NCBI GenBank assembly: GCA_044344255.1
Contig: JBIJDH010000014.1
Coordinates: 140,313 to 204,312 of the forward strand
DNA from: Myxococcota bacterium
Lineage (GTDB): Bacteria > Myxococcota_A > UBA796 > UBA2385
DNA length: 64,000 nucleotides
Direction: 5' to 3'
Every line of letters starts with the position of its first letter. Position 1 is the stretch's first letter. Of the stretch, positions 1-9,978 are shown piece by piece. The notes beneath the pieces were generated by a model that had not been told where the DNA came from, made no database searches, and saw only the letters and a list, made by a program, of their open reading frames with translations. The position numbers and the translations under genes are program-made.

Positions 1-46
1 CGATCCCGCCTCCGCGCGCACCCTCGACGAGCGGCGCCGGGCAGGC

Positions 47-82
47 CCGATGAGCGGACCGATGCGCGAACCGATGCGCGCG
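47..82. repeat. 12-bp tandem repeat x3 (CCGATGmGCGnn)
   Basis: ccgatgagcgga / ccgatgcgcgaa / ccgatgcgcgcg at 47, 59, 71; the first unit contains a TGA that may end an upstream gene. Confidence 0.7.
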
Positions 83-222
83 CATCCCCGCTCACCCGGC
101 CCACCGGTGAGGGGCGACGGCCCCGCGCGCCCGGCCATCCCGGCCGAGGGCCGCCCGCCGATCCTCCGCGCCGCGCGGCGGCGCCCCGCCGAGCGTGCTA
201 GGACCGGCTCCCGGAGGCTCCC

Positions 223-1695
223 ATGGGCAAGAAGCAGGCCGTCCTCGCCATCGATCAAGGCACCACCGGCACCACCGCGATGCTCCTCGACGGGGCCGTG
301 CGCGTGCTGGCCATCCACAACGTCGAGTTCCCGAACCACTACCCGGCGCCCGGGCAGGTGGAGCACGACACCGACGAGATCTGGCAGAGCGTGGGCTCGG
401 CCGTGGGCGCGGTGCTGAGCCGGGTGCCCGACGTCGAGATCGTAGCCATCGGCATCACCAACCAGCGGGAGACCAGCCTCTTCTGGGAGCGGGACACGGG
501 CCGCCCCATCCACCGCGCCCTCGTCTGGCAGGACCGCCGCACCGCCGAGGCCTGCGCCGCGCTCAAGGCCCGCGGCCTGGAGCCGATGGTGAAGGCCCGC
601 ACCGGCCTCGTGCTCGACCCCTACTTCTCCGGCACCAAGGCCGGCTGGCTGCTCGACCACGTCCCGGGCGCCCGGGCCCGCGCCGAGGCCGGCGAGCTCC
701 TCTTCGGCACCATCGACGCCTGGCTCACCTGGAAGCTCACGGGCGCCCACGTGACCGACCCCTCCAACGCCAGCCGCACCCTGCTCTTCAACCTGCACAC
801 CATGGGCTGGGACCCTGAGCTGCTCGCGCTCTTCGGCGTGCCCGCGGCCTGCCTGCCGCGGGTGGTCGACAACGCAGGCGTCATCGGCCACACGCGCGGC
901 CTCGGCTTCCTCCCCGACGGCATCCCCGTCGCCGGCCTCGCGGGCGACCAGCAGTCGGCCCTCTTCGGCCAGGCCTGCTTCCGGCCGGGGGCGGCCAAGT
1001 GCACCTACGGCACGGGCGCCTTCGTGCTCCTCAACACCGGCGACCAGCCCGTGACGAGCGAGCGCGGCATGCTCACCACGGTGGCCTGGCGCATCGACGG
1101 GCGGGTCACCTACGCGCTCGAGGGCAGCGCCTTCATCGCCGGGGCGGCGGTGCAGTGGCTGCGGGACGGCCTCGGCATCATCACCACCGCCGCCGAGATC
1201 GAGGCCCTCGCCGCCAGCGTGCCCGACGCCGGTGGGGTCATCTTCGTGCCGGCCCTCACCGGCCTCGGGGCCCCCCACTGGCGGCCGGAGGCGCGCGGCG
1301 TCCTCTCCGGCCTCACCCGCGGCACCACCCGCGCCCACATCGCCCGGGCCACCCTCGACGGCGTGGCGATGCAGATCGGCGACATGCTGGGCGCGATGGT
1401 GGAGGAGGCCGGCACCCCCCTCGCCGAGCTCAAGGTCGACGGCGGCGCCGCGAAGAACGACCTCCTGATGCAGCTCCAGGCCGACATCCTCGGCGTCACC
1501 TGCGCGCGCCCGACGGTGCTCGAGACCACCGCCCTCGGCGCGGCCTTCCTCGCCGGCCTCGGCGTCGGCCTCTGGAGCTCGACCGAGGCGATCTCGGCGG
1601 CTTGGGTGGTCGACCGCCGCTTCGAACCCCAAATGCCCGCCGAGGACGTGGCGGCTCGTAAGGCGGCCTGGTCGGCGGCGGTGGCGAAGGCCTGA
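223..1695 (+). CDS. glpK: glycerol kinase
   Basis: [48 protein letters not shown] motifs; GGAGG RBS upstream. Confidence 0.96.
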   Translation: MGKKQAVLAIDQGTTGTTAMLLDGAVRVLAIHNVEFPNHYPAPGQVEHDTDEIWQSVGSAVGAVLSRVPDVEIVAIGITNQRETSLFWERDTGRPIHRALVWQDRRTAEACAALKARGLEPMVKARTGLVLDPYFSGTKAGWLLDHVPGARARAEAGELLFGTIDAWLTWKLTGAHVTDPSNASRTLLFNLHTMGWDPELLALFGVPAACLPRVVDNAGVIGHTRGLGFLPDGIPVAGLAGDQQSALFGQACFRPGAAKCTYGTGAFVLLNTGDQPVTSERGMLTTVAWRIDGRVTYALEGSAFIAGAAVQWLRDGLGIITTAAEIEALAASVPDAGGVIFVPALTGLGAPHWRPEARGVLSGLTRGTTRAHIARATLDGVAMQIGDMLGAMVEEAGTPLAELKVDGGAAKNDLLMQLQADILGVTCARPTVLETTALGAAFLAGLGVGLWSSTEAISAAWVVDRRFEPQMPAEDVAARKAAWSAAVAKA

Positions 1696-1723
1696 GCGAC
1701 CGGCGGCCGGGCGGGCCTCCGCC

Positions 1724-2575
1724 TCAGAGCCCCGCCAGCCGCTCCGAGGCCTCCCAGAGGCTGCGCGCAGCCTTGTCATCACGCGCCTGCGGCCAGGGCG
1801 CCTTCACGCGGCGGCTGGAGAAGTACTCCCCGCTCACCAGGGCGAGCTCCGGCGCGCAGCAGAGGTGGAGCTGGGTGGCCGCGCCCTCCTCGGCGGAGAG
1901 GAGCGCGGGCCCGACGAGCGCGGTCAGGCGGGCGAAGGCGCCCGTGTCTTGCACCGCGAAGCCGCTGCGGATCGCCCCCGGGTGGAGGCTGTTCGCCGTG
2001 ACGCCGCTGCCGCGCAGCCGCGCCGCCAGCTCGCGGGTGAAGAGGATGTTCATCAGCTTCGAGTCTGCATACGCGAGGAAGCCGACGTAACGGCGCCGTT
2101 GCCATTGCAGGTCATCGAGCACCACCCGGCCGAGGCGGTGGGCCCCCGAGGCGACGTTGACGATGCGGGCGCCCCCGCTCTCCCGCAGCCGGTCGAGGAG
2201 CAGGCGGGTGAGCAGGTAGGGCCCGAGGTGGTTGGCGCCGAAGCTGAGCTCGAGGCCGTCTGCCGTCTCGCGCCGCTCGGCCTGGTAGGCGCCGGCGTTG
2301 TTGAGCAGCACGTGGAGCGCGGGGTGGCGGGCGAGGAAGGCCAGGGCGAAGCGGCGGACATCGGCGAGGGAGGAGAGGTCGCAGCGCATGAGCTCGGCCG
2401 AGCCCGCCCGCTGCACCTCCGAGAGGGCCTCCTGGCCGCGACCGAGGTCTCGGCACACCATCACGACGTGGGCCCCCCGCTCGGCGAGGACGCGGGAGGA
2501 GACCCGCCCGATGCCCGAATTCGCCCCCGTCACGAGCACGACGCGGCCCGACATCGGCCCTCTCCCGCTGGACAT
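1724..2575 (-). CDS. short-chain dehydrogenase/reductase (retinol-DH/WWOX-like)
   Basis: TGANSGIG, NNAG, NHLG, YADSK catalytic motif; start may be 2554. Confidence 0.92.
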   Translation of the reverse strand: MSSGRGPMSGRVVLVTGANSGIGRVSSRVLAERGAHVVMVCRDLGRGQEALSEVQRAGSAELMRCDLSSLADVRRFALAFLARHPALHVLLNNAGAYQAERRETADGLELSFGANHLGPYLLTRLLLDRLRESGGARIVNVASGAHRLGRVVLDDLQWQRRRYVGFLAYADSKLMNILFTRELAARLRGSGVTANSLHPGAIRSGFAVQDTGAFARLTALVGPALLSAEEGAATQLHLCCAPELALVSGEYFSSRRVKAPWPQARDDKAARSLWEASERLAGL

Positions 2576-2658
2576 CCGGCACCCCCTCCGAGAATTCCAC
2601 GACGCGGTCGGGCTATCCCGGGTGGGTGCCGCCCGTCCGCCCGATTAGGCCGCCCCGC

Positions 2659-3816
2659 ATGAGCCGCCCCCTCTTCCCATCGCCCGACATCCGCCAGCAC
2701 GCCGCCACCGAGGCGCTGCTGTTGAGCCTGCCCGATCTCCCCGCCGGTGACGACGTCTTCGTCGCCGATGACGACGACGGCGGCGTCGAAGCCGGCCTCG
2801 TCGAGCGCGGTCACGCGGTCCGGAGCTGGAACCGCGTCACCGTCGGCCCCCGCATCGGCAAGCCCTGGCCCGCCGAGGGGGTCTGCCAGCAGGCCACCCT
2901 CCGCTTCCAGCGCGACCGGGACGCCTTCGAGGTCGCCCTCCACGCCACGGCCGCGCGCCTCGCCCCCGGCGGGCGGCTCTTCGTCTACGGCGCGAACGAC
3001 GAGGGCGTGAAGTCGGCCGACACCCGCATCGGCGCGCTCTTCTCCGACCTCGAGACGCTGAGCACCATGCGGCACTGCCGCGTGTGGATGGCCGTGCGGC
3101 CGGCCGAGATCCCGGGCCTCAAGCCCACCCTCGCCGACTGGAAGACGCGGGAGCCCGTGGAGATGCCCTGGGGCCCCGTGCCCTGGACCCGCTACCCGGG
3201 CCTCTTCGCCAAGGGCGGGCTCGACGCCGGCACCGCGCTGCTGCTCCACGCGCTGCCCAAGGTGGCCGACGGGGCGCAGGTGCTCGACTTCGCGTGCGGC
3301 ACGGGCGTCATCAGCGCCGCCGTGCTCAAGGGCACCCCCTCGGCGCGGGTGCAGATGATCGACTCCGACGCCCTCGCCATCGCCGCCGCCCGCGAGAACG
3401 CCGTCGGCGCGATGGCCCTCACCGGCGACGGCCCCGGCGCCCTCCCGGCCTGGCAGCGCTACCACCACATCTTCAGCAACCCGCCCCTGCACCGAGGCAA
3501 GGACCGCACCCGCAGCGTGCTCGAGGCCCTGGTGCGGGCCGCCCCGCCCCGGCTGCTCGAGGGGGGCGACCTCTGGCTGGTGGTGCAGCGCCACGAGCCG
3601 GTCGAGCCGCTGCTCCGCCAGTGCTTCCTCACCGTCGACTGCCCCTCCCAGGACGGTCATTACGCCGTCTGGCGCGCCGCAGATCCCTTCTCCTGGGCCG
3701 TCAAGGGCGAGGACACCGCGCCGGTGCACCGCGAGAAGCGGCGCCCCCGCATCAAGGGCGCCACCGAGGCCGTCCCCGAGGTCGCCCCGCTGGACCGGCG
3801 GCGACGCCGCGGATAA
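2659..3816 (+). CDS. class I SAM methyltransferase, RsmC/MTS-like
   Basis: PGLFAKGGLDAGTALLL, LDFACGTG, SNPPLH motifs; two-domain RsmC-type length. Confidence 0.8.
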   Translation: MSRPLFPSPDIRQHAATEALLLSLPDLPAGDDVFVADDDDGGVEAGLVERGHAVRSWNRVTVGPRIGKPWPAEGVCQQATLRFQRDRDAFEVALHATAARLAPGGRLFVYGANDEGVKSADTRIGALFSDLETLSTMRHCRVWMAVRPAEIPGLKPTLADWKTREPVEMPWGPVPWTRYPGLFAKGGLDAGTALLLHALPKVADGAQVLDFACGTGVISAAVLKGTPSARVQMIDSDALAIAAARENAVGAMALTGDGPGALPAWQRYHHIFSNPPLHRGKDRTRSVLEALVRAAPPRLLEGGDLWLVVQRHEPVEPLLRQCFLTVDCPSQDGHYAVWRAADPFSWAVKGEDTAPVHREKRRPRIKGATEAVPEVAPLDRRRRRG

Positions 3817-3842
3817 TCGCCGGGGTCTCTCCAGGAGCTCCC

Positions 3843-5195
3843 ATGGCCGACCATCCCGCCCGCACCCGCCTCCTCCTCCTCCTCGGCGCCCTCGGCGCCC
3901 TCAGCCTGACGGGCGCCTGCGGCGGAGACAAGGGCAAGGAGGGGGTCAAGAAGTCCGACAAGGAGGGGAAGGCCACCAAGGTCGAGGCCAGCAAGGTCGA
4001 GGCCCCCGCCGAGGTCGCTTACGTCCCCGTCCAGGAGGCCCTGGACGGGCCCGCCGAGCCGGCGATCGTGCTCAGCCAGGCCTGGTTCATGACCGGCGCC
4101 AACGGCAAGCCCAAGCCCGGCCCCGCCCGCCTGCAGATCTGGCGCCAGGGCGCGGCCGGCTGGAAGGCCACCCGCCTCGAAGACGGCGACTCCAACGTCT
4201 TCCACAAGGCCCTCTTCCACGACGGCGGCATCCTGACCATCGCCGGCGAGAAGGCCATCCTCAAGAAGTGGCAGTTCGCGGACGGCGCCTGGAAGCAGGA
4301 CAAGCTCTGGGAGAAGTCCTGGGGCGGTAAGTTCAACCGGCTGCGGGACCTCGAGATCGGCGACGTCGACGGCGACGGCAAGGACGAGTGGGTGATGGCC
4401 ACCCACGACGGCGGCGTGATCGCGGTCTACAACCCGCCCGACGCCCCGGGCGGCGCCCCCGAGGTCATCGAGCTCGACGCGAAGAAGGACACCTTCGTCC
4501 ACGAGATCGAGATCGGCGACATCGACGGCGACGGCAAGAAGGAGTTCTTCGCCACCCCGTCCGACCGCAACTCCTCGAGCGCCTCCCAGCCCGGCTTCGT
4601 CGTGATGTACCGCTGGGACGGCACCACCTACAAGCGCACGGTCGTCGACGGCGAAGAGGGCAACACCCACGCCAAGGAGGTGCTGGTCAACGACCTCGAC
4701 GGCGACGGCAAGGCCGAGTTCTTCAGCGTCCAGGAGGCGGAGATCGACTCCAACAAGGCCATCGTCAAGCCGGTCGAGATCCGCCAGTACCACTTCGATG
4801 ATGGCAAGTTCACGCACACCGTCGTGGGCACGATCGCCGACCGTCAGACCCGCTTCCTCGTCGCCGGAGACTTTGACGGTGACGGCAAGAAGGAGCTGGT
4901 GGCCGCCGCCATGAAGACGGGGCTCTACCACATCGTGTGGACCGCCGGCGCCAAGGGCCAGCCCTGGACCTGGGCCCAGACCAACTTCGACGCCAACTCC
5001 GGCGGCTTCGAGCACACCACCGCCCCCTTCGACATGGACGGGGACGGCAAGCCCGAGCTCTACGTGGCCGCCGACGACCAACGCGAGCTCAAGAAGTACG
5101 TCTGGAACGCCGAGAAGAAGAACTTCGACAAGGAGCTGCTCGGCAAGCTCGAGGCCCAGACCTTCACCTGGAACATCGACGCCGGGAAGCTCTGA
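3843..5195 (+). CDS. FG-GAP/VCBS-repeat lipoprotein (beta-propeller)
   Basis: ATG after GGAG RBS, lipobox-like LTGAC, five D-x-DGDGK-x-E Ca-binding motifs. Confidence 0.85.
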   Translation: MADHPARTRLLLLLGALGALSLTGACGGDKGKEGVKKSDKEGKATKVEASKVEAPAEVAYVPVQEALDGPAEPAIVLSQAWFMTGANGKPKPGPARLQIWRQGAAGWKATRLEDGDSNVFHKALFHDGGILTIAGEKAILKKWQFADGAWKQDKLWEKSWGGKFNRLRDLEIGDVDGDGKDEWVMATHDGGVIAVYNPPDAPGGAPEVIELDAKKDTFVHEIEIGDIDGDGKKEFFATPSDRNSSSASQPGFVVMYRWDGTTYKRTVVDGEEGNTHAKEVLVNDLDGDGKAEFFSVQEAEIDSNKAIVKPVEIRQYHFDDGKFTHTVVGTIADRQTRFLVAGDFDGDGKKELVAAAMKTGLYHIVWTAGAKGQPWTWAQTNFDANSGGFEHTTAPFDMDGDGKPELYVAADDQRELKKYVWNAEKKNFDKELLGKLEAQTFTWNIDAGKL

Positions 5196-5239
5196 GCGAC
5201 GAGGTGCTCTGAGCGCCGAGGCGCTCTAGGCGCCGGGGA
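5189..5239. repeat. 17-bp degenerate tandem repeat x3 spanning the stop codon of the FG-GAP gene
   Basis: gctctgagcgacgaggt / gctctgagcgccgaggc / gctctaggcgccgggga. Confidence 0.75.
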
Positions 5240-5249
5240 GCGACGGGGG

Positions 5250-5276
5250 CCGCCCTCCTCACCGAGAGGGGGGCGG
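5250..5276. terminator. GC-rich hairpin between convergent genes
   Basis: ccgccctcctc-accga-gaggggggcgg, 11-bp stem with one G-U pair; no clear U tract. Confidence 0.5.
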
Positions 5277-5286
5277 GGCCCACGGA

Positions 5287-5342
5287 CCTACTTCTTGAGG
5301 CCTACTTCTTCAGGCCTACTTCTTCAGGCCTACTTCTTCTTC
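5287..5342. repeat. 14-bp tandem repeat x4 (CCTACTTCTTCAGG) spanning the stop codon of the LysM gene
   Basis: units at 5287, 5301, 5315, 5329; each reads AAGAAGTAG on the minus strand. Confidence 0.9.
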
Positions 5343-6508
5343 GCGTTCGACTCACGCGGGATCTTGAGCTTCATGCCCGGCTGAAGGCTCTTGGAGCCGT
5401 GCAGGGTGTCCGGGTTGGCCGACACGATGCCCTTCCACTTCGAAGAGTCGCCGTAGTACTTCTGCGCGATGCTGCCGAGGGTGTCGCCCGAGCGCACCGT
5501 GTGGGTGGCCTTCGCGGCCACGGCGACGGGCTTGGCTGCAGCCTTCGGCGCGGCCTTGGGGAGGCCGGGCTTGGCCGACGGGGCGGGCACCGAGGCCTTC
5601 ACGGGCGCCGCCACAGGCTTCGGCGCGACGACGGGGGCAGCGACGGGGGCAGAGGCCACGACCGGCGCCGAGGCCACGACCGGCGCGGCGGCCACGACCG
5701 GCGCGCCAGCCACGACCGGCGCAGCGGTCATCGTGGGCACGCCGGCGCTCCCGACGGTGGGGGCGCTCACGGGCACGGAGGTCATGGTGGGCGCCCCACC
5801 GGCGACGGGGGCGGCGGCAGGCTCACCGGCGACGGCGATCGCTCCGGGCTCGGCGACCACCGCCGGGGCGGCGGCGAGGGCCGGGGCGGCGGCGGGGGCC
5901 GGTGTGTCGCTGCTGGGGCCGCCGAAGAGCATCGCGGCCAGCAGGAGGGCCGAGGCGCAGCCTGCGACCAGGGCCGTGGCGCTGCTCCACAGCTTGACGC
6001 GCCGGGTGAGCTCCTCGACCTGGAGCTCCATCGAGGCGTTCTCGCTGCGCAGGCGCTTGGCCTCGGCGCGGAGGTTGCGCACCTCGCTCTTGTCGCGGGT
6101 GGTGACCTGATTGCGCAGGTCTTCGCTCTCCGAGACCTGAGCCCGGAGGCGGCCCTCGACCTCGTCGCGGAGCCCCTCGGGAAGGATCGCGCCCTTGGCC
6201 AGGGCGGTGTCGAGGTTGGCGAGGGACTCCTGCCACTGGCCCCGCGCGGCGAGCACCTTCCCGAGGAGCAAGGCGGCGTCAGCGTCTGCGGGGTCGAGCA
6301 CCAGCAGCATCCGCAGCCGCTCGGAGGCCGGGCTCAGCTTGCCCTCCCGCGCGAGGGCCAGCGCCTCATCGTAGAGGGTGGCGGCCGCGTTCACACCCTG
6401 CTCGTTCAGGGTGCGCGCGATCTGCTCGGCGGCGCCAGCGCCACCGGCGCCGCGGGGCAGCTCATCGAAGGACAGGGGGGAGGTCGCGGTGGCGGTGGCA
6501 GTGGACAT
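5330..6508 (-). CDS. TPR + coiled-coil + TM + Ala/Pro/Val linker + C-terminal LysM protein
   Basis: N-terminal TPR pattern, TM ALVAGCASALLLAAMLFG, APVVAS repeats, LysM HTVRSGDTLGSIAQKYYG...LQPGMKLKIP. Confidence 0.85.
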   Translation of the reverse strand: MSTATATATSPLSFDELPRGAGGAGAAEQIARTLNEQGVNAAATLYDEALALAREGKLSPASERLRMLLVLDPADADAALLLGKVLAARGQWQESLANLDTALAKGAILPEGLRDEVEGRLRAQVSESEDLRNQVTTRDKSEVRNLRAEAKRLRSENASMELQVEELTRRVKLWSSATALVAGCASALLLAAMLFGGPSSDTPAPAAAPALAAAPAVVAEPGAIAVAGEPAAAPVAGGAPTMTSVPVSAPTVGSAGVPTMTAAPVVAGAPVVAAAPVVASAPVVASAPVAAPVVAPKPVAAPVKASVPAPSAKPGLPKAAPKAAAKPVAVAAKATHTVRSGDTLGSIAQKYYGDSSKWKGIVSANPDTLHGSKSLQPGMKLKIPRESNAKKK

Positions 6509-6629
6509 GGGGGGGCGTCCGGGGAGGGCGGCGGGGGGCGGCGAGGACCACCGGCGGCCTGCAGGAGCAGGAGCCGCGGGAGCGGGGGCCCGAGAGGAGG
6601 AGAGCTCGGATCATGGTGAGATCAGATCT

Positions 6630-6654
6630 CTATGTCCTCTTGACATAGCAAGAG
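6630..6654. promoter_or_regulatory. overlapping inverted repeats upstream of the LysM gene (possible operator)
   Basis: CTATGTC-n5-GACATAG and CTCTTG-n6-CAAGAG in an AT-richer patch. Confidence 0.35.
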
Positions 6655-6722
6655 CCAGCGCGCAAGTCCACCCCTCGCTCGGCCGCACCCCAACTCCCCA
6701 CGAAGGAGGCGGCCCGGCGCCG

Positions 6723-8027
6723 TCAGGGGGCGTGGATGGTGACCGTGCCCTTGTCGACCAGCACGGGCTCACCGCCGCCGCCGTCTCCACCGTTGCCGGC
6801 CTCGCCGCCCTCGTCGCCGGAGAGGCCGATCACGAGGCCGGTCACCCCGCCTGCGACGGCCACGCCGGCCCCCGCCCAGAGGTACCAGGGCAGGCCGCCC
6901 CCCCGAGCGGCTGCGACCGGCTCATCCGCAGCGGGTCGGAGGAGGAGGTCGGTCAACACGCGGTTGGTCGAGCGATCGAGGGGCACGGTGCGAGGCGAGA
7001 TCCGATCGGAGCGCAGCTTCCCCTGATCGCTCACATACGCGAGCAGCGAAGGCACGAGGTCGAGCAGGGCCCCCTCGGGATCGGAGCCGGCCTCAGCCGA
7101 GACCTCCTTGGAGAAATTCCCGGTCCGGGGCTCGTAGAGCTGGACCACCACCTTGCCGTCCCCAGACTCGCCGGCGAGCATCACGAGGTCGGTGTTGGCG
7201 TAGGTGCCGAGCGACTTGTAGAGAGCCGCGGTCTGCTCGCTCCGCTCGTCGGCGGTGGAGGCGGGCGCCCCGAGGCTGCGGCCGCTGAGCGCGGCGGTCC
7301 AGGTGAGGCGCTGACCGGGATCGAGGCTGAGGGTGGCGAAGTCTCGGCGCCCATCGGCGGCGACCACGAGCACATGGTGGACGCCCGGGAGCAAGGAGGC
7401 GACCTCGGCGAGGTTCTCGATGCCATCGACATACTGGCTGCCCTCCCCCACGATGGTGAGGCGGGCCTTGGGCTGGGCCTGCACGGCGGCGCGCACTTCG
7501 GCGAAGAGGCTCACCACGCCAGGCGCGTAGTTGACCCGATCGAGCTCGCGGGTGGGGTCGAGCAGGACCACCTTGCCGAAGGCCGCCCGGGCGCCATCCT
7601 CATCCCCATTGCCGACGAGGGCGAGCCCGAGGAGGAGCAGGGAGTCGATGAGGTCGCGGTTGTTGGGGGTGCCGAGCAGCCCATCCTCGAGGCTCTGGAC
7701 CGCCGCGTTGAGCGAGGCCACCGAGCCTTCGAAGTCAGCCCGCTCGTAGAGGATGCGCCCCTCTTCGAGCTTCTGGCGGCCCACGCGCAGGAAGGTGTCT
7801 TCGACGACCAGGTCTTGTCGGCCGGAGAGGCGCTCACTCACCTCGGCCGAGGACAGGGCGACGAGCTTGCCCCCACCGCTCACGGCCGCCGCCAGGGCCT
7901 CGGCGGTGCCCCGGGCGGCGTCACCGTCCTGGTTGGCCACGTGGGCGCCCACCACGACCACCTCGGGCTTTCGGGCCGCGAAGGCGCCCGTCGGGACCAG
8001 CAGAAGCAGCAGCGCGAGCCTCCCCAT
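6723..8027 (-). CDS. exported protein with TPR-like and PEGA-like segments and a C-terminal TM helix
   Basis: signal peptide MGRLALLLLLVPTGAFA, TPR-like helices, C-terminal PWYLWAGAGVAVAGG TM. Confidence 0.7.
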   Translation of the reverse strand: MGRLALLLLLVPTGAFAARKPEVVVVGAHVANQDGDAARGTAEALAAAVSGGGKLVALSSAEVSERLSGRQDLVVEDTFLRVGRQKLEEGRILYERADFEGSVASLNAAVQSLEDGLLGTPNNRDLIDSLLLLGLALVGNGDEDGARAAFGKVVLLDPTRELDRVNYAPGVVSLFAEVRAAVQAQPKARLTIVGEGSQYVDGIENLAEVASLLPGVHHVLVVAADGRRDFATLSLDPGQRLTWTAALSGRSLGAPASTADERSEQTAALYKSLGTYANTDLVMLAGESGDGKVVVQLYEPRTGNFSKEVSAEAGSDPEGALLDLVPSLLAYVSDQGKLRSDRISPRTVPLDRSTNRVLTDLLLRPAADEPVAAARGGGLPWYLWAGAGVAVAGGVTGLVIGLSGDEGGEAGNGGDGGGGEPVLVDKGTVTIHAP

Positions 8028-8241
8028 ACACACTCTCCCTGATCGGCCTGCGCCCCGGAGGCGCGACCAAGTCGCAATGAACACGCCCCCATTCTGCCAC
8101 GGGTGGGCCCCGCTGGGGGCGCCTGCGGCAGACCTACACGGGGGCGCCGCCGACCGGCCCCCGGCCCGAGAACCCATTAACCGAGCGCCCCCGTCCTCCC
8201 TCGCGCCCGTCCTCCCTCGCCGCCGCCCTCCGGGAGCGCAG

Positions 8242-9744
8242 ATGCTCGCCCGATCTCTCTCTGTGACTGGCCTCCTGCTGATCGGCCTCTCGTTCGGCCT
8301 CCTGCAGGGCGGCCTGGCCCACGCCGGGCCCGTCGAGACCGCCGAAGAGCTGCTCGAACGCGGGGAGCTGCCGACGGCCTACGCGCTGCTCGAGGCGCGC
8401 ACCCGCGAGGTCCAGAGCGACGTGGCGGCGGCTGAGCTCTTCATCGACCTCATGGGGACGCTCTCCCGCGGCACCGAGGCCGAGCAGATCTACCTCCAGC
8501 GCGCGCAGTCGAGGCCCTCCGCCGACGCCTGGTACCTCGCGGCGCGGGCCACGATGGAGCCCACCACCGCGGCGCAGCGCTACCAGGCGGCCCTCCAGCT
8601 CGAGCCGGAGCACGCCCGCGCCTGGATGGGCATGGGGGCGGTGCAGCGCTCCAAGCGCAGCTTCATCTCCGCCACCGAGTCGTATGGCCGCGCGGTCGCC
8701 CGAGATCCCGCCCTGGCCGAGGCCTGGACCGGCCTCATCGCCACGTGGCGGAGCCAAGGGGACCGCGACCAGGCCCTCGCCACCGCACGCCGCGCCGTAG
8801 CGGCCGCCCCCCGCAACCGCAGCGCCTGGCTGACGATCGCGGAGCTGGCCCCCGGAGAGGCGGTGATCACCCTCGAGAAGGCCTCGGTCTTCCACCCCAC
8901 TGACGGCCTCGTGCAGATGAACCTCGCCCGGGCCTGCTTCTCGGCCGAGCGCTGGGCAGAGGCCGCGGCTGCGTACCGCCGCGCCAGCCAGGCCCGCCCC
9001 GACGACGCCGACGTCCGCACGGAGGCCGCCCTGGTGGACGAGGTGCGGTCGGGCCTCCTCCAGGGCGCGGCGGCCAAGGGCCTCCTCGAGGTCCGCTCCA
9101 CCATCGGCCGGGACCCCGCCGGCACGCTCCAGCGCCTCGACGCCATCGTGAAGGGCAACCCCCGCTCGGGCTGGGCCCTCCTCGTGCGGGGCAACGTGCG
9201 ACAGGCGCGCGGGCAGCTCCCCGGCGCCGAGGAGGACCTCCGCGCCGCCCTCGACCGCATGCCCGGGAGCGCAGACGTGGCCGGAGCCCTCGGCGGCTTC
9301 CTCCTCGGACAGCGCCGCCCCCTCGAGGCCCGCACCTGGCTCGCCCAGGCCGCCTCTGCCCGCCCCGACGACGTGAACCTCGTCGTCGGCCTCGCCCTCG
9401 CCACCGCGGAGTCCGGCGATGTCCCCACCGCCGAGGCCGGGCTCCGCGCGGCCATCCGGAGCTTCCCGGGCAGCGCCTCGCCACCCCTCGCCCTCTCCCG
9501 CCTCCTCCTCAAGAAGGGCGATCCCCAGGGCGCCCTCAGCGTGCTGGTCGACGCCCTCGAGCGGCACCCGGACCCCGGGGTCGCCGCGGCCCTCGCGTCC
9601 ACCGCGACCCGGCTCGGGAGGGTCGAAGAGGCGGCCCTCCTGCTCGAGGCGACCACCCGCAAGACCGGCGACCCGCGCTACGCCAAGGCTGCGGCCACCC
9701 TCCGGGAGTCGTGGAACAAAGCCGCTAGTTCAAAGGCGCCATGA
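8242..9744 (+). CDS. exported tetratricopeptide-repeat protein
   Basis: signal peptide ending AHA, many TPR motifs (ALQLEPEHARAWMGMG etc.). Confidence 0.85.
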   Translation: MLARSLSVTGLLLIGLSFGLLQGGLAHAGPVETAEELLERGELPTAYALLEARTREVQSDVAAAELFIDLMGTLSRGTEAEQIYLQRAQSRPSADAWYLAARATMEPTTAAQRYQAALQLEPEHARAWMGMGAVQRSKRSFISATESYGRAVARDPALAEAWTGLIATWRSQGDRDQALATARRAVAAAPRNRSAWLTIAELAPGEAVITLEKASVFHPTDGLVQMNLARACFSAERWAEAAAAYRRASQARPDDADVRTEAALVDEVRSGLLQGAAAKGLLEVRSTIGRDPAGTLQRLDAIVKGNPRSGWALLVRGNVRQARGQLPGAEEDLRAALDRMPGSADVAGALGGFLLGQRRPLEARTWLAQAASARPDDVNLVVGLALATAESGDVPTAEAGLRAAIRSFPGSASPPLALSRLLLKKGDPQGALSVLVDALERHPDPGVAAALASTATRLGRVEEAALLLEATTRKTGDPRYAKAAATLRESWNKAASSKAP

Positions 9745-9978
9745 ACTATCTTGAAGTAATTCGTCACATTGCTGTTGCACAAATTGGGGGTGCGTAGTTA
9801 CTTTCGCAGTGCTTCCCGGTGGCGGCTGTAAACCACCTGTTCCACGAAAGCGCAGAGTGTCCCTGGCTGGCGGCTCCGCTGCCCTCCTCCGGCTCCTGCA
9901 CCCGTAGAGCTCCCTGCCGCTGTTCCGCGCCTCGGGTCGTTCCCAAACAACCCCCGACTCCTCCGAGACCGCCGGCTG

